Part shown: piece after piece, positions 50,187-60,322 of the stretch | Position numbering within the stretch: the stretch's first letter is position 1 | Layout: each line of letters opens with the position of its first letter | Origin: Candidatus Bathyarchaeota archaeon | GTDB lineage: Archaea > Thermoproteota > Bathyarchaeia > Bathyarchaeales > Bathycorpusculaceae | Assembly (NCBI GenBank): GCA_963815095.1 | Contig: CAWFFH010000003.1 | Coordinates: 1,376,001-1,440,000 of the forward strand | Direction of reading: 5' to 3' | Length of the DNA: 64,000 nucleotides | The notes under the pieces: generated by a model | Databases searched by the model: none | Told to the model about the DNA's origin: nothing | The model's input: only the letters and a program-made list of their open reading frames with translations | Position numbers and translations under genes: made by a program

Positions 50187-51047
50187 GTGCTCTTTGATGT
50201 TGCTTTTGATTTGGATTTTTCGCTTTGTTGCGGACAAGTGTTTAGGTGGAAAAAGCTCGGGGGCTGGTGGTATGGTGTCGTCGGAGAAGATGTGTTTAAG
50301 GTTCGCCAATGTGGTAGTGAATTAGAGTTTGAGGGTGTCAGCGAAGACTTTGTCCGCTACTATTTCGGTTTAAACGATGATTTAAAACAAATTAGCCGAT
50401 GCATTTCTAAAGACGATTATATTCGCAAAGCACTGCGCAGGTTTGAGGGTTTGCGTCTTGTTCGCCAGAAACCTTGGGCGTGCCTCATTGGCTTTATTTG
50501 TTCCACATACAAGAATATTGCTGCCATTGAATTGATGCTTCAGAAGCTTTCGGTAAAGTTTGGGGAAAAACGCGTTTTCGATGGACACGATTTTTATTTG
50601 TTTCCAACTGTTGAAAAACTGGCTTTTGCAAGCGAGGCTGATTTAAAAGAATGTGGTTTAGGTTACCGTGCTAAATACGTGCAGAAAACCGCCGAGAAAA
50701 TCCTTGACGAAAAGATTAACCTCAAAAACCTGAAATCTCTATCTTATTTGGAAGCGCGGAATTTGCTTCTAGAGTTTCCTGGCGTCGGGATGAAAGTGGC
50801 TGATTGTGTTCTGCTTTTTTCACTCGAAAAGTTTGAAGCTTTTCCGGTGGATGTTTGGGTTAAACGCGTTATCTTAAATCATTATGCTGACCAGTTACCT
50901 GTCGAAATGGTAAAAAAAATGCAAAGTCACAATTCCTTAACTAACGGTGAATACCTAAAAATCAGCGATTTCGCCCGAAACTACTTTGGAGCCTACGCCG
51001 GCTACGCCCAAGAATACCTCTACCACTTCGAGCGAACGCAACGTTAA
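50187..51047 (+). CDS. 8-oxoguanine DNA glycosylase (OGG1-like HhH-GPD)
   Basis: CGQVFRW, GLGYRAKY, PGVGMKVADC, FPVDVW, AGYAQEYLY. Confidence 0.88.
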   Translation: MLFDVAFDLDFSLCCGQVFRWKKLGGWWYGVVGEDVFKVRQCGSELEFEGVSEDFVRYYFGLNDDLKQISRCISKDDYIRKALRRFEGLRLVRQKPWACLIGFICSTYKNIAAIELMLQKLSVKFGEKRVFDGHDFYLFPTVEKLAFASEADLKECGLGYRAKYVQKTAEKILDEKINLKNLKSLSYLEARNLLLEFPGVGMKVADCVLLFSLEKFEAFPVDVWVKRVILNHYADQLPVEMVKKMQSHNSLTNGEYLKISDFARNYFGAYAGYAQEYLYHFERTQR

Positions 51048-51084
51048 AATGTTGACAAACAGCATTTCCATACTGGTGCGACCT

Positions 51085-51339
51085 ATGAGTGAGGGCAAAA
51101 TTGAAGATTTAATCAAGCACAAACGAGTTTTCCTAAGACAAACCACAACAGATTATTCTGCAGGCGGCAATGACATGCTCGATGATGTTGACGCGGCACT
51201 AAAAGAAGCCAAAGCAGAAATCGCCCATAACTTGGAACTCGTCAACTGTCTGCGCAAAGACGAGGGCGAACAAGCATGGCAAAAAGACTGCCTATCCATG
51301 TTTAACGCATGGTACGAAAAATGGTTCGGCAACCCCTAA
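51085..51339 (+). CDS. Small hypothetical protein
   Basis: ATG at 51085 after GGTG; helical, ends WYEKWFG. Confidence 0.55.
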   Translation: MSEGKIEDLIKHKRVFLRQTTTDYSAGGNDMLDDVDAALKEAKAEIAHNLELVNCLRKDEGEQAWQKDCLSMFNAWYEKWFGNP

Positions 51340-51421
51340 CCCTTATCCGTTTAGTTGCTTCTCAATCGGCGGAAAATGTTTAAATCTTAACTGGAACAGC
51401 AATATTAGAGAATAGCTCTGT

Positions 51422-51499
51422 GGGCCCGTAGCTCAGTCCGGCTAGAGCGCCAGACTCATAATCTGTTGACCGGGTGTTCAAATCGCCCCGGGCCCACCA
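51422..51499 (+). tRNA. tRNA with CAT anticodon, probably tRNA-Ile2 (agmatidine type)
   Basis: GGGCCCG/CGGGCCC acceptor typical of archaeal Ile tRNAs, loop CTCATAA, T-loop TTCAAAT, encoded CCA. Confidence 0.85.
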
Positions 51500-51609
51500 A
51501 TCATCCCACACAGTTAACCATTTGGTAACTTCTGTCCCTCATTATTTGAGAATAACCTGCTAAAGCGAAGGCTTATACCGAGGTCAACTCTTACGACATA
51601 CGTAAGGAA

Positions 51610-51750
51610 ATGATAGATATGACTTTTATTTCTAAAGAGCATTTTTTCCAAAATGGTTGGGATTGTAATAAGTGTGGAAAGATGACGGAGCACCGGAAAG
51701 AGGGAAAAGGCCCTACCGCTAAATTAGTCTGTATGGTATGCGGGTCATAA
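51610..51750 (+). CDS. 46-aa zinc-ribbon microprotein (below the ORF-track cutoff)
   Basis: MIDMTFISKEHFFQNGWDCNKCGKMTEHRKEGKGPTAKLVCMVCGS*; two CxxCG knuckles. Confidence 0.65.
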   Translation: MIDMTFISKEHFFQNGWDCNKCGKMTEHRKEGKGPTAKLVCMVCGS

Positions 51751-51965
51751 ACTAAAAACCTCCTTTATCGCGATTTTGAAGAATCTTTTGGCTTCTTTTT
51801 TTAGGCCGGTTCTTGATCCGGCGGATGCAATAGTTAAATAGCTATTTTCTATGTTCCCTAATAACAGGCAGCCAATCAACCCATTAGAAAGCGACCTTCA
51901 GATGATAGACAATGAGAATTGACTAAAAAATAATGAATATGGACTAAAAATTCTTCGGCAATCGA

Positions 51966-52277
51966 TTATATATTTAAGCTGTGAATTTTACTAAGTAGCG
52001 ATCTGCAATCTTCCAACCCCTTCTCAGTTATTTCCACAACCTGATGTACGCCGCCCCAAGACCTAACAGTCCGGACTCTGATTAGACCAGAAGCTTCCAT
52101 CTTTGTCAGATGATTCTCCAAACTACCCTTTCCCAACCCAACGAAAGAACGCAACTCCACTGAACTCAACTTCTTGTTCATGGCAAGCAGAATCAAAATC
52201 AGTATTCTGGTTGATGATTTGAAGGTAGGGTCATTTAGCTGCTCGTTTAATGATTTAATTATGTCTGTGTAGGGCAT
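51966..52277 (-). CDS. Winged-helix (ArsR/MarR-like) transcriptional regulator
   Basis: TRILILILL, LGKGSLENHLTKMEASGLI, ITEKG. Confidence 0.8.
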   Translation of the reverse strand: MPYTDIIKSLNEQLNDPTFKSSTRILILILLAMNKKLSSVELRSFVGLGKGSLENHLTKMEASGLIRVRTVRSWGGVHQVVEITEKGLEDCRSLLSKIHSLNI

Positions 52278-52300
52278 TTTGAAGTCGGGGTTCTGGTCGG

Positions 52301-52972
52301 TTACCAATTTGGGGGATTCTCCAGAGAGTTGGGAGGTTTCCGTCTGCGTGCATATGCAGAAGCTAAGATAAGAACGACAAGAAGGATTACCCAAAGAATT
52401 AGGTAAAAGCCCGCGTTGGCTTTTAGGAGAGAAACAACAAAACCCCCTAAAGTGTAAATAGTCAACGCTGACACAACCGCTTTGCTTTCTCGTGGTAGCC
52501 GCTCAGGGAACGAACCTTTAAGCGCAAAGAATAAAGGAAACACAGTTGTGGCCAAAAGTCCGAATCTAAAAGCCAAAAATTCGTGGCGCAGCAAGAAAAT
52601 TGCGGCAAGAATCGGCAAATAGTAGGCCGTCCAAACTAATGCTATCCATGAAGGCTTCAGCAATTTTGTCCACATTGAATCCATAATTTCTCTGCGTACA
52701 AGCATGGAGTTATAAGCCTTCTTGAAAATCCAAGCAATCATGGCAGCGCCCACAACGCTCACCGCTGTGTTAACCAAGATCGCAACAACAAGAAAATAGC
52801 TATCTGAAAGCCCAAGGAATAGGATAATCGAGGGCAGAAAAGTTATGAGGACAATTTCAGCGGCGACTGCAGCATAACAGAGTCCCCAAGCTCGTTCTAG
52901 TATGTACTGTTCTATAACCAGGGCTTTTTCTGCCACACGCTTAATTTGCTCTGGTGAAACATTCTCGACCAC
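52301..52972 (-). CDS. Membrane protein co-transcribed with the wHTH regulator
   Basis: About 6 hydrophobic helices. Confidence 0.7.
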   Translation of the reverse strand: MVENVSPEQIKRVAEKALVIEQYILERAWGLCYAAVAAEIVLITFLPSIILFLGLSDSYFLVVAILVNTAVSVVGAAMIAWIFKKAYNSMLVRREIMDSMWTKLLKPSWIALVWTAYYLPILAAIFLLRHEFLAFRFGLLATTVFPLFFALKGSFPERLPRESKAVVSALTIYTLGGFVVSLLKANAGFYLILWVILLVVLILASAYARRRKPPNSLENPPNW

Positions 52973-53120
52973 ACTTTACCTCCTTAATTTCTATATCTGA
53001 ATGCAAAGGTTCTTTTGACTTTATTCTTTCTGGTACAAATTTTGTACTCGGGAAAGTTATTTATGAAACATCACTTTACTGTTTCAGACAATCAATCCGC
53101 TCAATCCAAGGTAATAACAG

Positions 53121-54038
53121 TTGATAGATACTGACAATCTTACAAAAAAGTTCGAGGATTTAACAGCCGTAGAAAACCTTACCCTTCACGTTAACGACGG
53201 CGAAGTATTCGGTTTTCTCGGCCCGAATGGCGCAGGGAAAACAACAACCGTCAGAATGCTCTGCTGCCTAATATCAAAGACAAGTGGAAGCGCCAAAATA
53301 GGCGAGTATGAAATAGGCAATAAGGAAGACGCGCTGAAAATCCGCAAAATCATCGGGTTTGTCTCTGATAACGTTGGATTATCTGAAAATCTGACAGCCT
53401 ACGACAACCTAGACTTTTTTGCAAAGATATATGATTGCCCGGAAACCCAAAGAAAAGAGAACATCAAGCGTTTTCTTGAGATGTTAGGGCTTTGGGATAA
53501 GAGGAATGTTTTGGCAGGAACTTTTTCTAAGGGTATGAAGCAAAAACTCGCCATAGCCCGAGCCCTCATTCATGAACCACAAGTTATTTTTATGGACGAA
53601 CCTACCGCGAATCTAGATCCTGAGGCTTCGAAAACAGTTCGAGATTTCATTCTTCAACTGAAAAAAGAGAAGAAGACAATCTTTCTAAACACCCACAACC
53701 TTGGCGAGGCACAGAGAATCTGCGACAGAGTGGCAATAATGAATACAAGTCTTAGAGCAATTGGTACCCCGCAGGAACTTGAAAGGTCCGTTAGTGGCAA
53801 GAAGACTGTTATCGGATTGGAACAGCAAGTAAACGGTGCTGTTTTGGTGGCATTGAAAAAACTGGCTCTCAAAAACCTGTCCAGCGGCGGCGACACTATA
53901 ACATTTGACGTGGAAAACCCAGACAAGGAAAATTCACCTGTTATAGAGGCTATAGTGCTAGCGGGAGGTCGTGTCAAATCAATCAATGTGGTAGGCTCAA
54001 CTTTGGAAGATACCTATCTAAAACTTGTGAGGAAATAA
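53121..54038 (+). CDS. ABC-2 type exporter ATP-binding protein
   Basis: GPNGAGKTT, FSKGMKQKL, MDEPT, NTHNL. Confidence 0.9.
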   Translation: MIDTDNLTKKFEDLTAVENLTLHVNDGEVFGFLGPNGAGKTTTVRMLCCLISKTSGSAKIGEYEIGNKEDALKIRKIIGFVSDNVGLSENLTAYDNLDFFAKIYDCPETQRKENIKRFLEMLGLWDKRNVLAGTFSKGMKQKLAIARALIHEPQVIFMDEPTANLDPEASKTVRDFILQLKKEKKTIFLNTHNLGEAQRICDRVAIMNTSLRAIGTPQELERSVSGKKTVIGLEQQVNGAVLVALKKLALKNLSSGGDTITFDVENPDKENSPVIEAIVLAGGRVKSINVVGSTLEDTYLKLVRK

Positions 54039-54040
54039 AT

Positions 54041-54784
54041 ATGCGAATCTCAAAGGCGTTGATTATAGCAGCTAGAGACTTCAAAATATTTAGGCGAGTA
54101 AGAAACGTCTGGACCTCGATAATTATTTTCCCAGTTGTTATTTCGGTTATGTTTCCGGTGATACTGGAGTATTTAACGATAAGGGGGAACCACGGACTCG
54201 CAGCGTCGGGTGTGCTTCCAAATTTGCTTACCTCCTTTTCTTTCTTTTTAGTTATAGGAGCAGCATACGTTCCCTTAGGGATTGCCTCTTACAGTATAGT
54301 CGGGGAGAAAGTGGAGAAGAGTTTGGAACCGCTTCTAGCCACGCCGCTAACTGATGGAGAAATATTGCTTGGAAAAGCCATCTCTGCAGTTATTCCAACT
54401 TTAGTTGCAATGTATGCGGCTGCGGCAGTGTTCATGGTGGGCATTGATGAGGTTACTTTCAATACGCTTGGCTACTATTATTTTCCAAACTGGAACATCG
54501 CCACTTTGCTGTTAGTTCTGATGCCGGTCGCCATTGTGATGAGTGTTCTGTTCAGTGTGATTGTTTCTTCGCGAGTTAATGATGTGCGGAGCGCTAACAG
54601 TTTTGGAGTTTTTATACTCTTTCCACTTCTGGGCATATACCTTCTCAGCGAGACAAGCATAATAACCCTTGACATAAACAGCCTGCTCATAATTTCAGGC
54701 ATTATCTTGGCAGTTGATGTGGCGCTTTTCTATGTTAGCACCAAGACTTTCCGTAGGGAGGAAATACTAACAAAATGGAAGTAG
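54041..54784 (+). CDS. ABC-2 type exporter permease
   Basis: SIVGEKVEKSLEPLLATP..EILLGK, FRREEIL. Confidence 0.88.
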   Translation: MRISKALIIAARDFKIFRRVRNVWTSIIIFPVVISVMFPVILEYLTIRGNHGLAASGVLPNLLTSFSFFLVIGAAYVPLGIASYSIVGEKVEKSLEPLLATPLTDGEILLGKAISAVIPTLVAMYAAAAVFMVGIDEVTFNTLGYYYFPNWNIATLLLVLMPVAIVMSVLFSVIVSSRVNDVRSANSFGVFILFPLLGIYLLSETSIITLDINSLLIISGIILAVDVALFYVSTKTFRREEILTKWK

Positions 54785-54806
54785 TAAAGTTGGAAGCAAA
54801 GAGGAG

Positions 54807-55025
54807 GTGGGAAAAATGGTGGACATGAAAGATTATTATCAAACAAATAAAGGGCGACTCCTTGGAATTGGGGGAATATTAATTGTTGTGGGTCTTGTCC
54901 TCTATTTTGCAAGACATCAAGAATTAGTGCTCGTATTACCCATCGTTGGGGCTGTTTTGTTCATTGCCGGAGTTATTTATAAGCCTCAAAAGAAAACAGA
55001 TAGCACCCCTAAGGTGACTGAATAG
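54807..55025 (+). CDS. Small 2-TM membrane protein
   Basis: GGAGGTG upstream, two hydrophobic helices. Confidence 0.6.
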   Translation: MGKMVDMKDYYQTNKGRLLGIGGILIVVGLVLYFARHQELVLVLPIVGAVLFIAGVIYKPQKKTDSTPKVTE

Positions 55026-55469
55026 GTTAAGCATCGGCAAAAAATGTTGAGGCACTTGGTTTTTTCTTTTTTCAATTACTAAGAAGGCATTTTGATCCAG
55101 TGTTGGTGACAAGAGCGGGACCAACAGAGAACGTTAGAAGTTGTTGTTGTTGTTGCTGCTGCACCTATATTCTGCAGACCGGTTGCAACAACAATCAAAG
55201 ACAAACCCAAATTGCCCAGTTATTCTTAACTGAAACACAAGTCAGACCCATCGAAGATAATGATGCAACCCAATTTGCACACAACAGCATCATCAATCAA
55301 AAATAACCCACTAAAAACCGATTAGTTACTTATGATTTGGATTATTTTTTTTATACAATACTATTCCTTCAATCAAGAATAGACTCTTTGCGACCCCATT
55401 CGTGCCTGTAAGGAAAAGGAAGCTGATTTCAATCAATAAACCATTAACTATTTAACACAAAAAAGAAAA

Positions 55470-55955
55470 TTACTGCCTTTGATGTAGCTTTAAAACTAAA
55501 ACTGCGACTCTTCTGCCCAACTCCTCGCATTCGACAAGATCTTCTTTACTTGGTACACCCATAACCGCAACTCCGTAATGTGCATCGTCAGCTCTGCCCT
55601 GAACAATCATGCCGTGAATAAGCATAGCATGTACAATTGAGAGAGGTGTGGTTTCGGCTCCTGAAGCGGTTCCGCCGCTGCTGGTAAATGCGCCGCCGAC
55701 TTTGCCGCCTAATTGCTTGTGGACCTGTTCGGATCGGTCGATTAGTGCTTTAAGTTTAGCAGACATTTGCCCAAAATATGTTGGCGACCCCAAAATTATC
55801 CCGTTAGCGGCTAACAAATCACTTGGATTTGTTTCTGCAGCTTTTTTCACAATAACTTCCAAATCACTTTCTTGCGCTGCTCCTTTCCCCACCGCTAACG
55901 CCATTTTTTCCGTGTTTCCAGAATTAGAATCATAAACAACAAGTATTTTTGCCAT
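55470..55955 (-). CDS. WrbA-like flavodoxin / NAD(P)H:quinone oxidoreductase
   Basis: YDSNSGNTEKMA, GSPTYFG, GKVGGAFTSSG. Confidence 0.85.
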   Translation of the reverse strand: MAKILVVYDSNSGNTEKMALAVGKGAAQESDLEVIVKKAAETNPSDLLAANGIILGSPTYFGQMSAKLKALIDRSEQVHKQLGGKVGGAFTSSGGTASGAETTPLSIVHAMLIHGMIVQGRADDAHYGVAVMGVPSKEDLVECEELGRRVAVLVLKLHQRQ

Positions 55956-55959
55956 AATT

Positions 55960-56526
55960 TCACTTCACAATTTCCTGTATTATCTCATTAACCGCCATAA
56001 TCTTTGCGTTGTAAACATACTCCAAATATTTTAGGCTCTGCTCTTGGTCTTGAGGTGTAAGGGCTTCAACGCCGTCTTTGGTGATTACTATTTGGTAGCC
56101 TCGGAAGAAAGCGTCTGCTGCTGTGTGGCGGATACAGATGTTTGTGTGTAAGCCTCCTAAAATTAGAGTTTTTGCACCTTCGCCCTCGTAGAGGCTGCGT
56201 AAGAGTGGTTCTAAACCTGTTTCGTAAAAGCCGCTGTAAGTGCGTTTCTCAACGATGTAGTCTTTTCCTTCTTCGGGTTTGAGGTCGGCAATAACTTGGG
56301 CGCCCTGGGTGCCTTTTATCGCGTGAATACCCCATTTTTTTGTGATTTCAAAATCTCTTGGGTAGTGAGCGTCGATGCTGTATAAGACTGGGACCTGGTT
56401 TATTCGAGCGGCTAATAGGAGCCTTTGGAGGGGTTCAATTATGTTCTTGACGTTTTTTATTTTCAGTGGACCTGTGAAAAAATCGTTCTGAACATCCACA
56501 AGGATAACTGCGGGGTTATTTAACAA
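55960..56526 (-). CDS. Isochorismatase-family cysteine hydrolase
   Basis: VDVQNDF, KRTYSGF, GLHTNICIRHT. Confidence 0.87.
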   Translation of the reverse strand: MLNNPAVILVDVQNDFFTGPLKIKNVKNIIEPLQRLLLAARINQVPVLYSIDAHYPRDFEITKKWGIHAIKGTQGAQVIADLKPEEGKDYIVEKRTYSGFYETGLEPLLRSLYEGEGAKTLILGGLHTNICIRHTAADAFFRGYQIVITKDGVEALTPQDQEQSLKYLEYVYNAKIMAVNEIIQEIVK

Positions 56527-56573
56527 AAAATCACTCTCAAATGAAAGAGGAAGCAGCGCCTAATTTAGTTTAC

Positions 56574-57626
56574 CTATGGCATGCAAGGGCCAGCAGTCAG
56601 GACTTCGGCACCGTTTTTGGTGACAAGAACTGTGTCTTCAATTCGAACTCCACCTAAACCGGGCACGTAGATTCCTGGCTCATCTGTTACCACGTTTCCC
56701 GCCATCAGAGTGTCTTTGCTGTCTGGGCTCAAAATGGGTGCTTCATGAACTTCCAAACCGACGCCATGACCAAGATTGTGGACAAAGAACTCGCCAAAAC
56801 CCGCCTCCTCAATTACACACCTGGCAACTCTATCAACTTCACTTGCAGCAACTTGGGGTTTAATGGTCTCAAGAGCTTTATCGTGTGCAAGCTTAACCGC
56901 GTCGTAGATTGCTGCTTGATGGTAGGTTGCTTTGCTGGCGATGAAGGTTCGGGTTAGGTCTGAACGGTAGAATTTGTAGGTCGCGCCAATGTCCACTACG
57001 ACAAAGTCTCCGTCTCGGATGGTGCGCTCGATGTTGCAACCGTGCGGGAACGCTGAAGATGGGCCAGATGCTACGATGGTTTCAAATGCCAGACCGTAGC
57101 AGCCTGCCTTACGCATGGCATACTCGATTTCCGCTGCCGCAGTTTTCTCTTTTGTTCCAAGCCACATAGTTTCTTTAGCAGTCTGCATCCCAATAGCTGC
57201 TATTCTGCAGGCTTCACGGATAAACTTTATTTCTTGGTTATCTTTGACGCTGCGAAGTTCCCGAATCAGATTATTGATGGGTTCGAGTTTTTCTTCTCCG
57301 CCGACAGTTTTGGCTAACGTTCGCCAGTTCTCAATTGACAAGGCGTCTATGCCGAATTCTTTGGCCGAGGCTTGCTTAGCGATTTTTTCCATCAAGTTTT
57401 CGCCACGCTTTAGAAGTTCTATCGTTACGCCTTTGGCTTCTTCTTTTGCCTGTTCATAATTCACTCCCGAAACGTAGAGGATGCTTTCACCTTGTTCGGG
57501 AATGTAGAGGGCCGTTGCTCCTGAAAAGTTCGTGAAATAGGTTAAGTTGGTTTGGTTGAAGATTAGTAAGTTGGAGGGTTTGCTCTGTTTCTGGGCTGCT
57601 TGTTTTAGTGCATCGGTTCGATTCAT
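56574..57626 (-). CDS. Xaa-Pro aminopeptidase/prolidase (M24)
   Basis: PH, VVDIG, SDLTRT, HNLGHGVGLEVHE, EPGIY, RIEDTV; ATG at 57626 chosen as start. Confidence 0.9.
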   Translation of the reverse strand: MNRTDALKQAAQKQSKPSNLLIFNQTNLTYFTNFSGATALYIPEQGESILYVSGVNYEQAKEEAKGVTIELLKRGENLMEKIAKQASAKEFGIDALSIENWRTLAKTVGGEEKLEPINNLIRELRSVKDNQEIKFIREACRIAAIGMQTAKETMWLGTKEKTAAAEIEYAMRKAGCYGLAFETIVASGPSSAFPHGCNIERTIRDGDFVVVDIGATYKFYRSDLTRTFIASKATYHQAAIYDAVKLAHDKALETIKPQVAASEVDRVARCVIEEAGFGEFFVHNLGHGVGLEVHEAPILSPDSKDTLMAGNVVTDEPGIYVPGLGGVRIEDTVLVTKNGAEVLTAGPCMP

Positions 57627-57748
57627 GAGTTTTCGCCAATCTAAGGGGAAGGGCTTGGGTTGGTTTAAGTTTTCGCTTCTAAAGTTGCTTGTTGAGGGTG
57701 TATTGAGGTTAATTATTGCGTTATGCAACCAAAAGCCAGTCGAATTTT

Positions 57749-57799
57749 GCCGTGATTTTTTAAATGAACAAGCCATTAACTTAATATACTTTTCAAATG
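57749..57799 (+). promoter_or_regulatory. aor1 promoter block, duplicated at 60751-60801
   Basis: 42/51 nt identical to the block upstream of aor2, including TATA-like TTAATATA. Confidence 0.7.
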
Positions 57800-57833
57800 C
57801 CTTCTAACTTACAAGACATGAGGGGAAAAAAGC

Positions 57834-59747
57834 ATGTTTGCTTATGCGGGAAAAATTTTACATGTTGACCTCACAACAGGCCAAACAAGAACCGAGCCAC
57901 TGAGTGAACAGATGGCTAAAAGCTACATTGGCGGCATCGGTTTAGGTATTCGATTACTTATGGATAACTCAAAACCAGGCACAGACGCCTTCCACCCAGA
58001 CAACCCAATAATCTACTGTACAGGTCCGCTCAGCGGCACCATGGGTCCAACAGCCGGCAACGGCTATGCAGTAGTTTCCAAATCACCAGCCACGGGCGGA
58101 GTCGGGGAAGCAAAGGCACACGGGTTTTTTGGTCCAGACCTAAAACGCGCAGGATACGACGCCGTCGTAATCACTGGAAAAGCACCAAAATTATCTTACC
58201 TTTGGATTGACGATGACAAAGTAGAAATCCGAAACGGCGAATACCTCAAAAACGCCACAGTAGGCGATACAGATAACAAAATCCGAGATGAACTCGGAGA
58301 CTTCTATATTCGCGTATCAGCCATTGGCGAAGCAGGCGAAAAACTCTGCAGGTTCGCAGCCATCATAAACGACGAATTCCGAGCAATCGGACGCACAGGC
58401 ATGGGCGCAGTGATGGGCAGCAAAAACCTCAAAGCCGTCGCTGTAAGGGGAACAAAAGACGTTAACGTAGCTAACATGGAAGGCTTCAAAGAATACATCA
58501 AAATGATCCATGAACGAATGAAGGGTCCAGCTACCAAGAAATACAAGACCTTGGGTACACCTGAAAACGTACTAGTTTTAAATTCGCTTTCAGCTTTAGC
58601 AACAAGAAACTGGACGAACGCAACTTTTGAAGGCGCTAATAAAGTCAGCGGCGAATACTTAAACGAACATTATGTTAAGAAAATTGTCGGTTGTGCAACT
58701 TGCGGTATGCGTTGCGACCACATTGCCGTTGTTCCTGAAGGACCATACAAAGGATCAACTTCAAGACTAGAATTCGAATGCCTCTGGAGCATGGGGCCAC
58801 TTTGCGGTGTTGACCGTTTAGACGCAATTATCGAAGCAATGCGAATCGTCAACGAATACGGCATGGACGGCATCTCAATTGGTGTCGTTGTCGCATTTGC
58901 GATGGACCTATATGAACATGGCATAATCACCAAAGAACAAACTGATGGAATCGACCTCAAATTCGGCAACTCTGAAGCATTAATCGCTATAATCCACAAG
59001 ATTGGTAAACGTGAAGGTTGGCTTGGCAACATTCTTGCAGAAGGTGTTGAGAAAGCAGCCGAATTAATCGGCGGAGACGCATACAAATATGCATGCCACA
59101 TCAAAGGCTTAGAACTACCAGGCTACGACCTAAGAACACTAAAAACAGCCGCCCTAGGCTTCTCAGTATCATTCCGAGGTGCCTGCCACCTAAGAAACGG
59201 AGCATACTCACCGGACGTAAAAGGCAAAGTAAACCGCTTCAAAATCGAGAAAGGCAGAGGCAAAATGATCACCGACGAGAGCCACATGTACAACATCATC
59301 GACTCACTAATCGTCTGCAAATTCAGCAGAGGCACATACTACGATGGCTGGAAAGACCTAGCTAACTACTACACCCTAGCAACAGGCATCCCGATTACCC
59401 CAGAAGAAATGACTCAAGACGGCGACAGAATAGAAAACCTCGCACGCCTCTTCAACATACGTGAAGGCAAAGGCACACGCAAATACGACGATGTCCCCTA
59501 CAAAATAAAGAATTTCCCAGTACCCGACGAAGGACCAGCTAAAGGCGTCTGCGTTAACGACGAAGAAATGGCAATCGGCTTAGACGATTACTACGCTTCA
59601 AGAGGATGGACCGCCGATGGCATACCAACTGTTGAGAGACTTAACTCGTTAGGGTTAGGCGATTTAGCCTACATTGCCGAAGATGCAATGAAAGTCGCTA
59701 AAGAAGCCAAGCCTCAAGCAGCGGTTGCAACTGTGGGAGGAAACTAA
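57834..59747 (+). CDS. aor: Tungsten aldehyde:ferredoxin oxidoreductase family protein 1
   Basis: KSPATG, GRTGMGAVMGSKNLKA, CATCGMRC, EFE, GMDGIS, RGACH, LIVC. Confidence 0.92.
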   Translation: MFAYAGKILHVDLTTGQTRTEPLSEQMAKSYIGGIGLGIRLLMDNSKPGTDAFHPDNPIIYCTGPLSGTMGPTAGNGYAVVSKSPATGGVGEAKAHGFFGPDLKRAGYDAVVITGKAPKLSYLWIDDDKVEIRNGEYLKNATVGDTDNKIRDELGDFYIRVSAIGEAGEKLCRFAAIINDEFRAIGRTGMGAVMGSKNLKAVAVRGTKDVNVANMEGFKEYIKMIHERMKGPATKKYKTLGTPENVLVLNSLSALATRNWTNATFEGANKVSGEYLNEHYVKKIVGCATCGMRCDHIAVVPEGPYKGSTSRLEFECLWSMGPLCGVDRLDAIIEAMRIVNEYGMDGISIGVVVAFAMDLYEHGIITKEQTDGIDLKFGNSEALIAIIHKIGKREGWLGNILAEGVEKAAELIGGDAYKYACHIKGLELPGYDLRTLKTAALGFSVSFRGACHLRNGAYSPDVKGKVNRFKIEKGRGKMITDESHMYNIIDSLIVCKFSRGTYYDGWKDLANYYTLATGIPITPEEMTQDGDRIENLARLFNIREGKGTRKYDDVPYKIKNFPVPDEGPAKGVCVNDEEMAIGLDDYYASRGWTADGIPTVERLNSLGLGDLAYIAEDAMKVAKEAKPQAAVATVGGN

Positions 59748-59748
59748 A

Positions 59749-60261
59749 ATGGGCCGTCCCCAAGACAGAAAATTCGTAACAGCCGACCCAGACAAATGCA
59801 TCGGCTGTCTAGTATGCGAATATGCTTGCAGCATGGTTAACGAAAAAACCTTCAACCCAAACAAATCACGCATACGCGCCATGCGCCTAGGTCCACTAGT
59901 AAACCTCGCAGTTACCTGTAGGCACTGTGAAGACGCCTCATGCGTAGCTGCCTGCCCAAGAGATGCTCTAAAACAAGACTGTGATAGCGGTATAATCCGC
60001 GTTGACGAAAACGCATGCAATGGTTGCGGATGGTGTATTAGCGCATGCCAATTCGGCGCTATGAACATGCATCCAGACAAAAAAGTAGTATTTACCTGCA
60101 ACAGCTGCACCGACAACGAAACTAAAGAACCTCAATGTGTTAAATGGTGTCCCGAAGAAGCCTTATCATTTGTCAGCGCAGAAACATTATCGCAGAAATA
60201 TCGCCAGAAAGCAGTCAAGAACCTGTTCCAAACAGCTGAAGAAGCCAATAAAGCTAAATAA
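59749..60261 (+). CDS. 4Fe-4S polyferredoxin subunit (DmsB-like) partnering AOR1
   Basis: CIGCLVCEYAC, CRHC..C..CP, CNGCGWCISAC, CNSC..CVKWCP. Confidence 0.88.
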   Translation: MGRPQDRKFVTADPDKCIGCLVCEYACSMVNEKTFNPNKSRIRAMRLGPLVNLAVTCRHCEDASCVAACPRDALKQDCDSGIIRVDENACNGCGWCISACQFGAMNMHPDKKVVFTCNSCTDNETKEPQCVKWCPEEALSFVSAETLSQKYRQKAVKNLFQTAEEANKAK

Positions 60262-60322
60262 ACTCAGTTTAGCGCTTTTTTGCGCTACTTTTTGTTTTTT
60301 TTCGAAAATGTTTTCTATCGTT

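Noticed and set aside
55100-55306. ORF with a poly-Cys run (CCCCCCC) as a possible second precursor
   Set aside because: It comes from a (TGT)n/(TGC)n low-complexity tract; no adjacent modifying enzyme and no convincing start
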